Assembly (NCBI GenBank): GCA_963736455.1
Contig: CAVTON010000001.1
Coordinates: 778,270 to 842,269 of the forward strand
Source: an uncultured Acidobacteriota bacterium
GTDB taxonomy: Bacteria > Acidobacteriota > Thermoanaerobaculia > UBA5066 > Gp7-AA6
DNA length: 64,000 bases
Reading direction: 5' to 3'
Part shown: positions 17,158-25,062 of the stretch, piece after piece
Position numbering within the stretch: the first letter of the stretch is position 1
How the letters are laid out: every line of letters begins with the position of its first letter
Notes under the pieces: model-generated
What the model saw: the letters and a program-made list of their open reading frames with translations, nothing else
Databases searched by the model: none
Told to the model about the DNA's origin: nothing
Program-made: the position numbers and the translations under genes

Positions 17158-17955
17158 CTACTCCCACTGGAGGCCGAGGGCCTTCGCCAGAAACACCGCC
17201 ATCTGACGCCGGGTCAGCGTCGCATCGGGGCAGTAGTTGCCGCCGCCGCATCCCGCCGTGATCCCGGAGCTGACCAGGGCTTCGATGTACTGGAAGCCCG
17301 GATCCGTCGTCGGGACGTCGCCAAAGGTGGGCGTCATGGGCGCCGGGCTGACTTGCAGAACGTAGTGGATGATGGCCCCGGCAATCCCCGTCGAGCCGTC
17401 GATGTCGGGAACGAAGACCACCAGGACGAACTGATTGTTGTTATTGTCGACCGTGAAGGGCGTGGTCAGCGAGGCCGAAAATCCGCCGCATCCGCCGCTG
17501 CCGGAGCTGGACACGGAGGTGATCAGCGTGGCGCCCGTTCCGTCCCAGCTCGTCGAGACGAGGTTCATGATGACGTCGTCGGTGGCGTTGGTGTCGCAGG
17601 CGTCGAGCTCTACACTCGTGATCGACGCGCCGGAGGGCAAGTGAGGCGAGGCGACGAAAGCGCTTCCTGCATTCGCCGTGGGATACCGGGCGTAAATGAG
17701 CCCAACCTGGGAGAGGTCGCTGTAGGTCGTGTCCGTATTGGCCGGGGAGAATTCGGTGGAGGACACCCGATAGAAGCTCGTATAGGTGGTGCCGTAAGTC
17801 TGGGGAAGTCTCGGAGGGGCGGCGATCGACGGAGCGGACGGTTGAGCCAGAATGGTCGGCGCACCCGCCGCGAGATTCTGTCCCTGGAGGCCCGAGACCG
17901 CAAGAAGCGACAGAAAGGCCGAAGCGAAGACAGCCCTCTTCACGGATATCGACAT
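17158..17955 (-). CDS. Secreted protein with C-terminal SLH-like domain (paralog of 16255-17037)
   Basis: Signal peptide; C-terminal 55 aa nearly identical to the neighbouring paralog (MTPTFGDVPTTDPGFQYIEALVSSGITAGCGGGNYCPDATLTRRQMAVFLAKALGL); AAGGAG-like RBS (aaggagaaaaaagatg). Confidence 0.6.
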   Translation of the reverse strand: MSISVKRAVFASAFLSLLAVSGLQGQNLAAGAPTILAQPSAPSIAAPPRLPQTYGTTYTSFYRVSSTEFSPANTDTTYSDLSQVGLIYARYPTANAGSAFVASPHLPSGASITSVELDACDTNATDDVIMNLVSTSWDGTGATLITSVSSSGSGGCGGFSASLTTPFTVDNNNNQFVLVVFVPDIDGSTGIAGAIIHYVLQVSPAPMTPTFGDVPTTDPGFQYIEALVSSGITAGCGGGNYCPDATLTRRQMAVFLAKALGLQWE

Positions 17956-18036
17956 CTTTTTTCTCCTTGTGATTCGCTCGATTCTAGCATCCGCGACGCG
18001 TGACGAGCGTCACACGCGGACCGCGCCCGCTGCCGG

Positions 18037-19395
18037 TCAGCTCCGGAACACCTTCTCCTCGGTCCCGTCCAGCCAGCGATCCACGAGCTCGACGCCCTGC
18101 ATGAGCGAGTGATCCTGGTTGCCGATCTCGTACTTCCACGAGCCGAAGCGGCCTCGCGAGAAGATCCCGCGAGGCTCGAGATAGGCGTGGATCGTCTCGA
18201 GCGCCGGATTCCGATCGACCGACGGGATCGGGTACGAGTGGCCGGCGTGGATGAGAAAGACCGTCTCGATCAGCGGAAGATCGGACGCTTGAAGGATTCC
18301 CTCGGCGACGAGGCCGTCCACGACGGCCTGGCCGAAGTCGCCCTCGGGCAGCGGCTTGAACTTCGAGTAGGACGTTTCGGTCAGGACCGAGAAGTACTTC
18401 GACGTGTCGCCGCCCGGAACGATCTCGGGAGAGTAGTTGGACAGGTACGTCATCCGGTAGAACGGCGTCTTCGGGTTCGGAAAGTAGATCCAGTTCTTGT
18501 CCGACGGCGAGGGGCGGCGCAGGCCGACGCCGGCCGAGAACAGCCGGTTGAAGAGGAGCGACTGCGCCGCCGCCCGGACCTTCGCCGGCGCGTGCGTCAG
18601 GCGCGCGACGAACGCGTCCAGGGGAATCGTCGTCAGCAACCGGTCGTAAGAGCGCGTCGTTCCGTCGGTGAACGCGATCTCGCGCTTCTCCTCGTCCACT
18701 GAGATCGCGCGCTTGTGGAAACGGATGCGGTCGTCGCCGAGAAACGGCACGACTCCCTTCCAGAGCCCGAGCGTTCCGCCGTGGAGGGGGTAGCCGAACT
18801 TCGCGTTGGGACCCCAGTCGGTCGTCTTCGGCACGACCGTCGTCTCGATCGCCTTGCGCCAGTCGACGACCGACACGCGCTCGGCGATCCAGTAGTAGCC
18901 CATCTCCTTCAGGGGCGTCGCCCAGACCTTGAAGTTGTAGGGGTTCATGAAGTGCTTCGCGACGCCCGATCCGAACTTCGCGAGGACCCACTCCTCGAAG
19001 TTGCGAAAGGCGCGGTCCTTGTCGATCGTCTGCGACTCGACGAGGCCGATCAGGCACTCGAGCATCGCTTTCTCGGGCAGCGACGAAAGGTGGTTCTGAA
19101 ACGGATACCGGACGTACTTGTCCTCGAACTTGATCCAGCTCTCGCGGTCGATCCAGCGAATCTGATCGCCGAGGACCTTCCCGAGGAAATCGTTGAAGTA
19201 CTTGTACCCCGAAAAGATGATGTGGCCCGACACGTCCCACGTCCATCCCTTCGGGTCCTTGAAGCTCGTGGCGAGGCCGCCGACCTGTCCCGACCTCTCG
19301 AAGATCTCGAAAGCGTCCTCGCCGCGCTCGCGGAGCCGGTACGCGGCGCCGAGGCCCGTCGGGCCCGCGCCGAGAATGACGATGCCGCCGCTCAC
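18037..19395 (-). CDS. glf: UDP-galactopyranose mutase, eukaryote-type (UDP-Galp to UDP-Galf)
   Basis: ILGAGPTGLGAAYRL FAD motif; GHIIFSGYKYFNDFL; YPFQNHLSSLP; FEEWVLAKFGSGVAKHFMNPYNFKVWA; C-terminal SRGRFGSWKYEIGNQDHSLMQGVELVD. These closely track the fungal/kinetoplastid-type UGM signature blocks. Confidence 0.85.
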   Translation of the reverse strand: MSGGIVILGAGPTGLGAAYRLRERGEDAFEIFERSGQVGGLATSFKDPKGWTWDVSGHIIFSGYKYFNDFLGKVLGDQIRWIDRESWIKFEDKYVRYPFQNHLSSLPEKAMLECLIGLVESQTIDKDRAFRNFEEWVLAKFGSGVAKHFMNPYNFKVWATPLKEMGYYWIAERVSVVDWRKAIETTVVPKTTDWGPNAKFGYPLHGGTLGLWKGVVPFLGDDRIRFHKRAISVDEEKREIAFTDGTTRSYDRLLTTIPLDAFVARLTHAPAKVRAAAQSLLFNRLFSAGVGLRRPSPSDKNWIYFPNPKTPFYRMTYLSNYSPEIVPGGDTSKYFSVLTETSYSKFKPLPEGDFGQAVVDGLVAEGILQASDLPLIETVFLIHAGHSYPIPSVDRNPALETIHAYLEPRGIFSRGRFGSWKYEIGNQDHSLMQGVELVDRWLDGTEEKVFRS

Positions 19396-20195
19396 TGGGC
19401 GGCCCGTCCCTTGGCGACGAGCCGCCGGAGCTGCTCGGCCTGCTTCATCTCGGCCCGGAGCTCGAAGAGGTAGCGGATCACGCGTGCGATCGTGCCCAGC
19501 ATCTTGAACGGACGATGGATGGACTGCCCGGCCTCGCGCGGGAAGTGCCGCACCACGACCTCGGTCACCTTCCAGCCGGCGATCCGGCAGCGCACGAAGA
19601 TCTCGTCGCCGACGAAGTTGATCCGGTGCTTGATCTCGATGCGGCGCGCGACGTCCCGCCGGAAGGCCCGGCAGCCGGCGTTGATGTCGTGGAGCGGCGA
19701 GCCCAGGATCCAGTGCGACAGGACGCGAAGGCCGCGCGAGAGGATGAGCCGTCCGAGCGGGTCGTGCCGGACCTTCTTCCAGCAGAAGACGACGTCGGCG
19801 CCGCGGTCGATCGCGTCGAGAAAGAGCGGCGCGTCGGCCATCGTGTGCTGGCCGTCGCCGTCGACGACCATCACGACCTCGCCCGGCACGTTCTGCAGCG
19901 CCGTCTCGGTCGCCACCGCGTAGCCCTTGTTGCCGTCGTGGTGGACGACGGAAACGCGCGGATCCTTCTTCGCGAGCTCTTCGGCGATCTCCCCCGTCCG
20001 GTCCCGGCTGCCGTCGTTGACGACGACGACGTGCCAGGTGAGGTCGGGGATCGCGGAGAGCGACGCGACGGCTTCGGCGACCGTCTTCGCGATCAGCTCT
20101 TCTTCGTTGTAGGCCAGGAACCCGACTCCGAAGCGCACCTTCGGCTCCGGCCGAGGGGGCGTCTGGACGCCCCCGACTTCGCGATCAGCGGCCAT
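19392..20195 (-). CDS. GT2 polyprenyl-phosphate sugar synthase (DPM1/GtrB-like)
   Basis: FLAYNEEELI ... VVVVNDGSRDRTGEIAEEL ... VVDGDGQH: canonical GT2 DXD region of dolichol/bactoprenol-phosphate hexose synthases. The stop overlaps the glf start by 4 nt. Confidence 0.8.
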   Translation of the reverse strand: MAADREVGGVQTPPRPEPKVRFGVGFLAYNEEELIAKTVAEAVASLSAIPDLTWHVVVVNDGSRDRTGEIAEELAKKDPRVSVVHHDGNKGYAVATETALQNVPGEVVMVVDGDGQHTMADAPLFLDAIDRGADVVFCWKKVRHDPLGRLILSRGLRVLSHWILGSPLHDINAGCRAFRRDVARRIEIKHRINFVGDEIFVRCRIAGWKVTEVVVRHFPREAGQSIHRPFKMLGTIARVIRYLFELRAEMKQAEQLRRLVAKGRAAQ

Positions 20196-21129
20196 AGATG
20201 ATCCATCCTGCAGTTGCCACCCAGCCCATCACGATGACCAGGAGCCACGGATCGTCCACGAGGAGGGCCTGGGTGGGGCTGCCCCCTCCGCCGCGGCGGT
20301 ACACGAGGTGAACGTAGCGCGCGAGGCCAAGAACGACGAACGGGATCGTCGCCGCGAGCGTCTGGCCGCGATAGCGCGCGACCGTCTCCGGGATGACGCT
20401 GTACGCGCTGTACGCCGACGCCGTCGCCAGGCCCGTGACGATGAAGAGATAGTCGAGCCCCTCGGCGCCGTAGGAGGCGAGTGCCGGCCGGTGCTCGGAG
20501 GAGGTCCGGTGGCCGGCGTGATGGAACTCCCACTGCCGCTTTCCGGCGACGAGGAAGAGCGCGAGCAGGTAGGCGCAGACGATCAGGAAGAGCGACGGGA
20601 AGACTTCCGCCAGCGCCGCCCCGGCGAGGGCGCGCAGCGGCATCCCCGCCGCGACGATCAGCGCCTCGAGGAAGGGAATGCCCTTGAGGACGAAGGAATA
20701 CGCGAGCATGAGCGCGGCGTACGCGGCGCACCACCGGCCGAACGCCGGCCGGAGGAGGAACGCAGCCCCGAGGCCTCCGACCTCGAGGACGACTGCACCC
20801 GCCACCGCGGCCGGGACGGACAATCGGCCGGACGCGAGCGGCCGGTGGCGCTTCTCGGGATGCGCGCGGTCGCGGTCGCGGTCCATGACGTCGTTGACGA
20901 GGTAGATGCCGCTCGCGATCGCGCTGAAGGCCGCGAATCCCGCCGCGGCGAGCACCCACCCTTCGGCCGCCTTGAGCGCTCCGCCGAAGAGAAACGGCAG
21001 CGGCAGGACGAGATTCTTGATCCACTGCTTCGGCCTCGCCGCCGCCGCGAGCGCGAGCAGAGATCGATCGGCGTGCGACCCTTCGGCCGGCACGACGCGA
21101 CCGGACGATGTCGCTGCCATTTCTCTCAT
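20185..21129 (-). CDS. UbiA-family prenyl-phosphate phosphoribosyltransferase (decaprenyl-phosphate 5-phosphoribosyltransferase/DPPR synthase-like)
   Basis: PKQWIKNLVLPLPFLFGG and YLVNDVMDRDRDRAHPEKRHRPLASGRLS (NDxxDxxxD followed by HP.KR.RP.A.G) match the Rv3806c-type DPPR synthase signature rather than UbiA/MenA/DGGGPS. 8-9 TM helices. The stop overlaps the GT2 start by 11 nt. Confidence 0.75.
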   Translation of the reverse strand: MREMAATSSGRVVPAEGSHADRSLLALAAAARPKQWIKNLVLPLPFLFGGALKAAEGWVLAAAGFAAFSAIASGIYLVNDVMDRDRDRAHPEKRHRPLASGRLSVPAAVAGAVVLEVGGLGAAFLLRPAFGRWCAAYAALMLAYSFVLKGIPFLEALIVAAGMPLRALAGAALAEVFPSLFLIVCAYLLALFLVAGKRQWEFHHAGHRTSSEHRPALASYGAEGLDYLFIVTGLATASAYSAYSVIPETVARYRGQTLAATIPFVVLGLARYVHLVYRRGGGGSPTQALLVDDPWLLVIVMGWVATAGWIIYGR

Positions 21130-21204
21130 TTTAAACGATTAACCCTCGATTGTCTCCTCGCCGCTGTAGGATTCTCGGCGGCTGAGCCGATAAGGAGTCC
21201 TCCC

Positions 21205-22527
21205 ATGCCGGAGCAGTACGTCGCCCGCGTCGTCGACCTGACGGATCCCGCCGCCCAGCGCATCCAGAACATGTCGATCGACGAGGCGCGCGCGCGCGTG
21301 GCGCGCGGCGATCCCGGGAGCGTGCGCGAGATCGACGGCTCGTTCTCACTCGTCGCCCGCGTCGGGCGCCGCGTCCGCCTCGCGCGATCGCTCGATCGGC
21401 CCCTGCGGTACTTCCTCGCCAAGGAAGCCGCCGGTCCGGCGCTCGTCGTCTCGGACCGCATCGACGCCATCCACGCCTTTCTCGAGAAGGAAGGCCTGGC
21501 CGCCCAATTCCATCCGAGCTACACGCGCATGGTGCCCGCGCACTACGTGGTAGATCTCGAGCTGATCGGCTGCCCCGACCCGTCACCGACGTACGAGCGC
21601 TACTTCACGCCGGCGCGCGCGGCGTTCTCCGCCGATCCCGCGGCGATCGGATCGGCGTACGTCGGAGCGCTGTGCGGGGAGATCGCGGGCTGGATCGAGA
21701 GGGTGCCCGCGCGCGACCCGATCGGAGTCGCCTTCTCCGGCGGGATCGACAGCGGCGCCGTGTTTCTCGCCGCCTGCCACGTCCTGCGCCGGCGGGGGGC
21801 CGACCTCGGCCGCCTGAAAGCGTTCACGCTCTCCGCCGGCGGAGGCGAGGACCTCGTGCAGGCCCGGACCTTCCTCGAGAGGCTCGGGCTCGGACTCTTT
21901 CTCGAGCCGATCGAGGTCGCGCCGGATGCCCTCGACCCGCTCGAGGCGGTTCGCGTCGTCGAGGACTACAAGCCGCTCGACGTCGAGTCGGCGACGATGG
22001 CGCTCGCGCTCTGCCGCGGAATTCGCGAGCGGTACCCGCAATGGCGCTTCCTCCTCGACGGCGACGGCGGCGATGAGAACCTGAAGGACTACCCGATCGA
22101 GGAGAACGCCGAGCTCACGATCCGGAGCGTGGTGAACAATCCCCTGCTCTACCAGGAGGGCTGGGGCGTCGGCCGGATGAAGCACTCCCTGACGTACTCG
22201 GGTGGCCAGAGCCGCTCGTACAGCCGCACCTACGCGCCTCTCCGGCGGTGCGGCTTCGAGGGGTTCAGCCCCTTCACGCGGCCGTCGGTCATCGAGATCG
22301 CCGAGGCCATCCCGTTTTCCGAGATGGCGGCCGGCGACACGGCCCGGCTCTATGCGATCAAGGGCGAGGTCGTCGCGCGGGGCATCGCGGAGATCACGGG
22401 CTTCGAGATGCCGGTGTTTCCGAAGCGCCGCTTCCAGCACGGCGCCGTCGGCGCTCACGCGGCCTCGCGCTTCGCGCCCTTCGGCGAGGCCGCCTACCGG
22501 TCGCACCTGCTCGCGCGCTACGCGTGA
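21205..22527 (+). CDS. Asparagine synthetase B-like ATP-dependent amidotransferase/amide synthetase (PP-loop; degenerate N-terminal domain without catalytic Cys)
   Basis: AAGGAG RBS 8 nt upstream of the ATG at 21205. VAFSGGIDSGAV PP-loop (SGGxDS). The N-terminal remnant DGSFSLVARVGRRVRLARSLDRPLRYF resembles the AsnB DGMFAF..ARDRFGIKPLYY block. It begins MPEQ... with no Cys2, as in beta-lactam-synthetase-type AsnB homologs. The upstream part of the 739-aa ORF is an artefact. Confidence 0.75.
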   Translation: MPEQYVARVVDLTDPAAQRIQNMSIDEARARVARGDPGSVREIDGSFSLVARVGRRVRLARSLDRPLRYFLAKEAAGPALVVSDRIDAIHAFLEKEGLAAQFHPSYTRMVPAHYVVDLELIGCPDPSPTYERYFTPARAAFSADPAAIGSAYVGALCGEIAGWIERVPARDPIGVAFSGGIDSGAVFLAACHVLRRRGADLGRLKAFTLSAGGGEDLVQARTFLERLGLGLFLEPIEVAPDALDPLEAVRVVEDYKPLDVESATMALALCRGIRERYPQWRFLLDGDGGDENLKDYPIEENAELTIRSVVNNPLLYQEGWGVGRMKHSLTYSGGQSRSYSRTYAPLRRCGFEGFSPFTRPSVIEIAEAIPFSEMAAGDTARLYAIKGEVVARGIAEITGFEMPVFPKRRFQHGAVGAHAASRFAPFGEAAYRSHLLARYA

Positions 22528-22534
22528 CCCCGTC

Positions 22535-23497
22535 TTGAGCTCCGCCTACCCGGCCGGGGACGCCGCGCGCGATCGGTGGATCCTGGAACGGCGGCCGCTC
22601 CGAAACGTTCGCGATCCGCGGCGCGCCTACGCCGCGCACTTCGAGCTCGAAGCGGCGGAAGCCGGCGAGGCGGTGCCGGTCGCCACGATCTTCCTGACGA
22701 ATCGCGAGTGCCCGTGGCGCTGCCTGATGTGCGACCTCTGGAAGAACACGCTGACCGGGACCGTGCCCTCCGGCGCGATCGCGGAACAGATCCGGGTCGC
22801 CCTGGCCGGACTCCCCGCGGCCCGCCGCGTCAAGCTCTACAACGCCGGGAGCTTCTTCGATCCGAAGGCGATTCCTCCCGGCGACCTCGACGAGATCGCG
22901 TCGCTCGTGAGCCCCTTCGAGCGCGTGGTCGTCGAGGCGCATCCGGCCCTCGTCGGCGAGTCCTGCCGGCGCTTCCACGACCTCGTCGGCCGGCGCCTCG
23001 AGGTCGCGATGGGGCTCGAGACGATCCATCCGGACGTCCTGCCGAGGCTGAACAAGCGGATGCCTCTCGACCGTTTCGCCGGGGCGGCGGCCTTTCTCCG
23101 CGACGCGGGAATCGCCCTGCGCGTCTTCGTCCTCGCGGGGCTTCCGTTCGTCGGCGAGGCCGAAGGCCTCGACGCCACGAAGCGGTCGATCTCCTGGGCC
23201 TTCGACCACGGCGCATCGTCGGTCGCCGTCATCCCCACGCGTTCGGGAAACGGCTCGCTCGAGGCACTCGCGGCGGCAGGAGACTTCGCCGAGCCCCGGC
23301 TTTCGGTGCTCGAGGACGCCGTGGATTTCGGCATCGGCCTCGGGCGGGGCCGCGTCTTCGCGGATCTCTGGGACCTCGGGCGGTTTCGCCGGTGCGGCGC
23401 CTGCTTCGAGACTCGCGCCGCGCGGCTGGCCGAGTCGAACCTCCGCCAGCGCGTCTCGGCCCGGGTCGCCTGTTCGGAGTGCGGAGGGCGGGCGTGA
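22535..23497 (+). CDS. Radical SAM enzyme
   Basis: CPWRCLMC (CxxxCxxC) cluster about 40 aa from the N-terminus; TTG start at 22535, 8 nt after the upstream stop; the stop overlaps the next gene's GTG. Confidence 0.7.
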   Translation: MSSAYPAGDAARDRWILERRPLRNVRDPRRAYAAHFELEAAEAGEAVPVATIFLTNRECPWRCLMCDLWKNTLTGTVPSGAIAEQIRVALAGLPAARRVKLYNAGSFFDPKAIPPGDLDEIASLVSPFERVVVEAHPALVGESCRRFHDLVGRRLEVAMGLETIHPDVLPRLNKRMPLDRFAGAAAFLRDAGIALRVFVLAGLPFVGEAEGLDATKRSISWAFDHGASSVAVIPTRSGNGSLEALAAAGDFAEPRLSVLEDAVDFGIGLGRGRVFADLWDLGRFRRCGACFETRAARLAESNLRQRVSARVACSECGGRA

Positions 23498-25062
23498 CGC
23501 ATCCCGTCGACGTCGCGGTGATCGGCTCCGGCTTCTCCGGCTCGCTCCTGGCCCTGATCGCGCGGCGTCTCGGGCGATCCGTCGTCCTCCTCGAGCGCGG
23601 CCGGCATCCGCGCTTTGCGATCGGAGAGTCGTCGTCGCCGCTGGCGAACCTGCTGCTCGAGGAGCTTGCGCGGCGGTACGACCTGCCGCGGGTGCGGCCG
23701 CTCTCCGCCTGGGGACCGTGGCGCCGCGCGTACCCCGAGGTCGGCTGCGGCCTGAAGCGCGGCTTCACCTTCTACGCGCACGAGGCGGGGCGGCCCCTTG
23801 CGGCCGATCCCGGCCGCCGCGACCAGCTCCTCGTGGCCGCGAGCCCGCACGACGAGGTCGCCGACACGCACTGGTATCGCCCCGACCTCGACCGCTTTCT
23901 CGCCCGGGAGGCCGAGAACGCCGGCGCGGAATACGTCGACGAGGCGGAGGCCGCCGTGGTTTCGCATGGACCGCACGGCTTCGTCCTGGCCGCATCGAGG
24001 CACGGCCGGCGTCGCGAATACCGCGCCCGTTTCGTCGTGGACGCGACCGGCCCGAACGGATTCCTCCAGCGCGCGTTGGGGCTCCCCGCTTCCTCGTTCG
24101 CGGCCATGCCCGCGACCGAGGGCCTGTGGGCGCACTTCACGGGAGTGGGACGGCTCGACGAGACGGCTCCCTCGCCTTGCCCCGACCGACCGCCCTATCC
24201 GATCGACGACGCCGCGGTCCATCACGTGTTCGCCGGCGGCTGGATCTGGGTCCTGCGCTTTGCGAATGGCGTCACGAGCGCCGGGGTCGCCGCCGAGCCG
24301 GCGCTCGGAAACGAGCTGCGGCTGTCCGACGGTGCGCCCGCGTGGGATCGCCTCCTCGAACGCCTCCCCACCGTCCGCGCCCAGTTTTCGGAGGCTCGGC
24401 CGGCCACCTCCTTCGTTCACCGCTCCGGCCTTCCCTTCCGCAGCGACGCGGCGGCCGGACCGGCCTGGGCCCTGATGCCCTCGGCGGCAGCCTTCGTCGA
24501 TCCGCTCCTCTCGACCGGGTTCCCGCTGACGCTTCTCGGCATCGAGCGCCTCGCCGCGGCCCTGGAAACGGAGTGGGGCCGGCCCGGCTTCGCGGCGAGA
24601 CTGCGCGAGCACGAGCGCCTCACCCTCTTCGAGGCGGACACGGCCGCCCTTCTCGTCGGGGCCCTGTACGCGACGTTTTCCGATTTCCCCGTCTTCGCCG
24701 CGCTCACGATGCTGTACTTCGCGGCCGCGAGCTACGCCGAAGCGGCGCGGCGGCTCAAGCGGCCGCAGCTTTCGGGCTCGTTTCTGTCGGGAGACCATCC
24801 CATCTTCGGGCCGGCATTGAAGGCCTGCTGCTCCACCGCCCTCGAGCGCGATGGCCGCCGCCGGGACGAGCTCCTCGCGATGGTCCGGCGGGCGATCGAA
24901 CCGCTCGACGTGATCGGGCTCTCCGACACGAGCCGGCGCAACTGGTACCCCGTCCTCGCGGAGGACCTGATCGCTTCGCGGGAGAAGCTCGGGGCCAGCC
25001 GGGAGGAGATCGAGGTCCTCCTGGAATCCCTGGCCGCCGCGCCCTCAGTGCATGGAATGTGA
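23494..25062 (+). CDS. FAD-dependent oxidoreductase, flavin-dependent halogenase / geranylgeranyl-reductase-like fold
   Basis: GGAGGG RBS, GTG start (GTGA overlap). VAVIGSGFSGSLLA dinucleotide-binding motif; FAIGESS; HVFAGGWIWVLRF resembles the WxWxIP block of flavin-dependent halogenases; 522 aa. Confidence 0.7.
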   Translation: MTHPVDVAVIGSGFSGSLLALIARRLGRSVVLLERGRHPRFAIGESSSPLANLLLEELARRYDLPRVRPLSAWGPWRRAYPEVGCGLKRGFTFYAHEAGRPLAADPGRRDQLLVAASPHDEVADTHWYRPDLDRFLAREAENAGAEYVDEAEAAVVSHGPHGFVLAASRHGRRREYRARFVVDATGPNGFLQRALGLPASSFAAMPATEGLWAHFTGVGRLDETAPSPCPDRPPYPIDDAAVHHVFAGGWIWVLRFANGVTSAGVAAEPALGNELRLSDGAPAWDRLLERLPTVRAQFSEARPATSFVHRSGLPFRSDAAAGPAWALMPSAAAFVDPLLSTGFPLTLLGIERLAAALETEWGRPGFAARLREHERLTLFEADTAALLVGALYATFSDFPVFAALTMLYFAAASYAEAARRLKRPQLSGSFLSGDHPIFGPALKACCSTALERDGRRRDELLAMVRRAIEPLDVIGLSDTSRRNWYPVLAEDLIASREKLGASREEIEVLLESLAAAPSVHGM

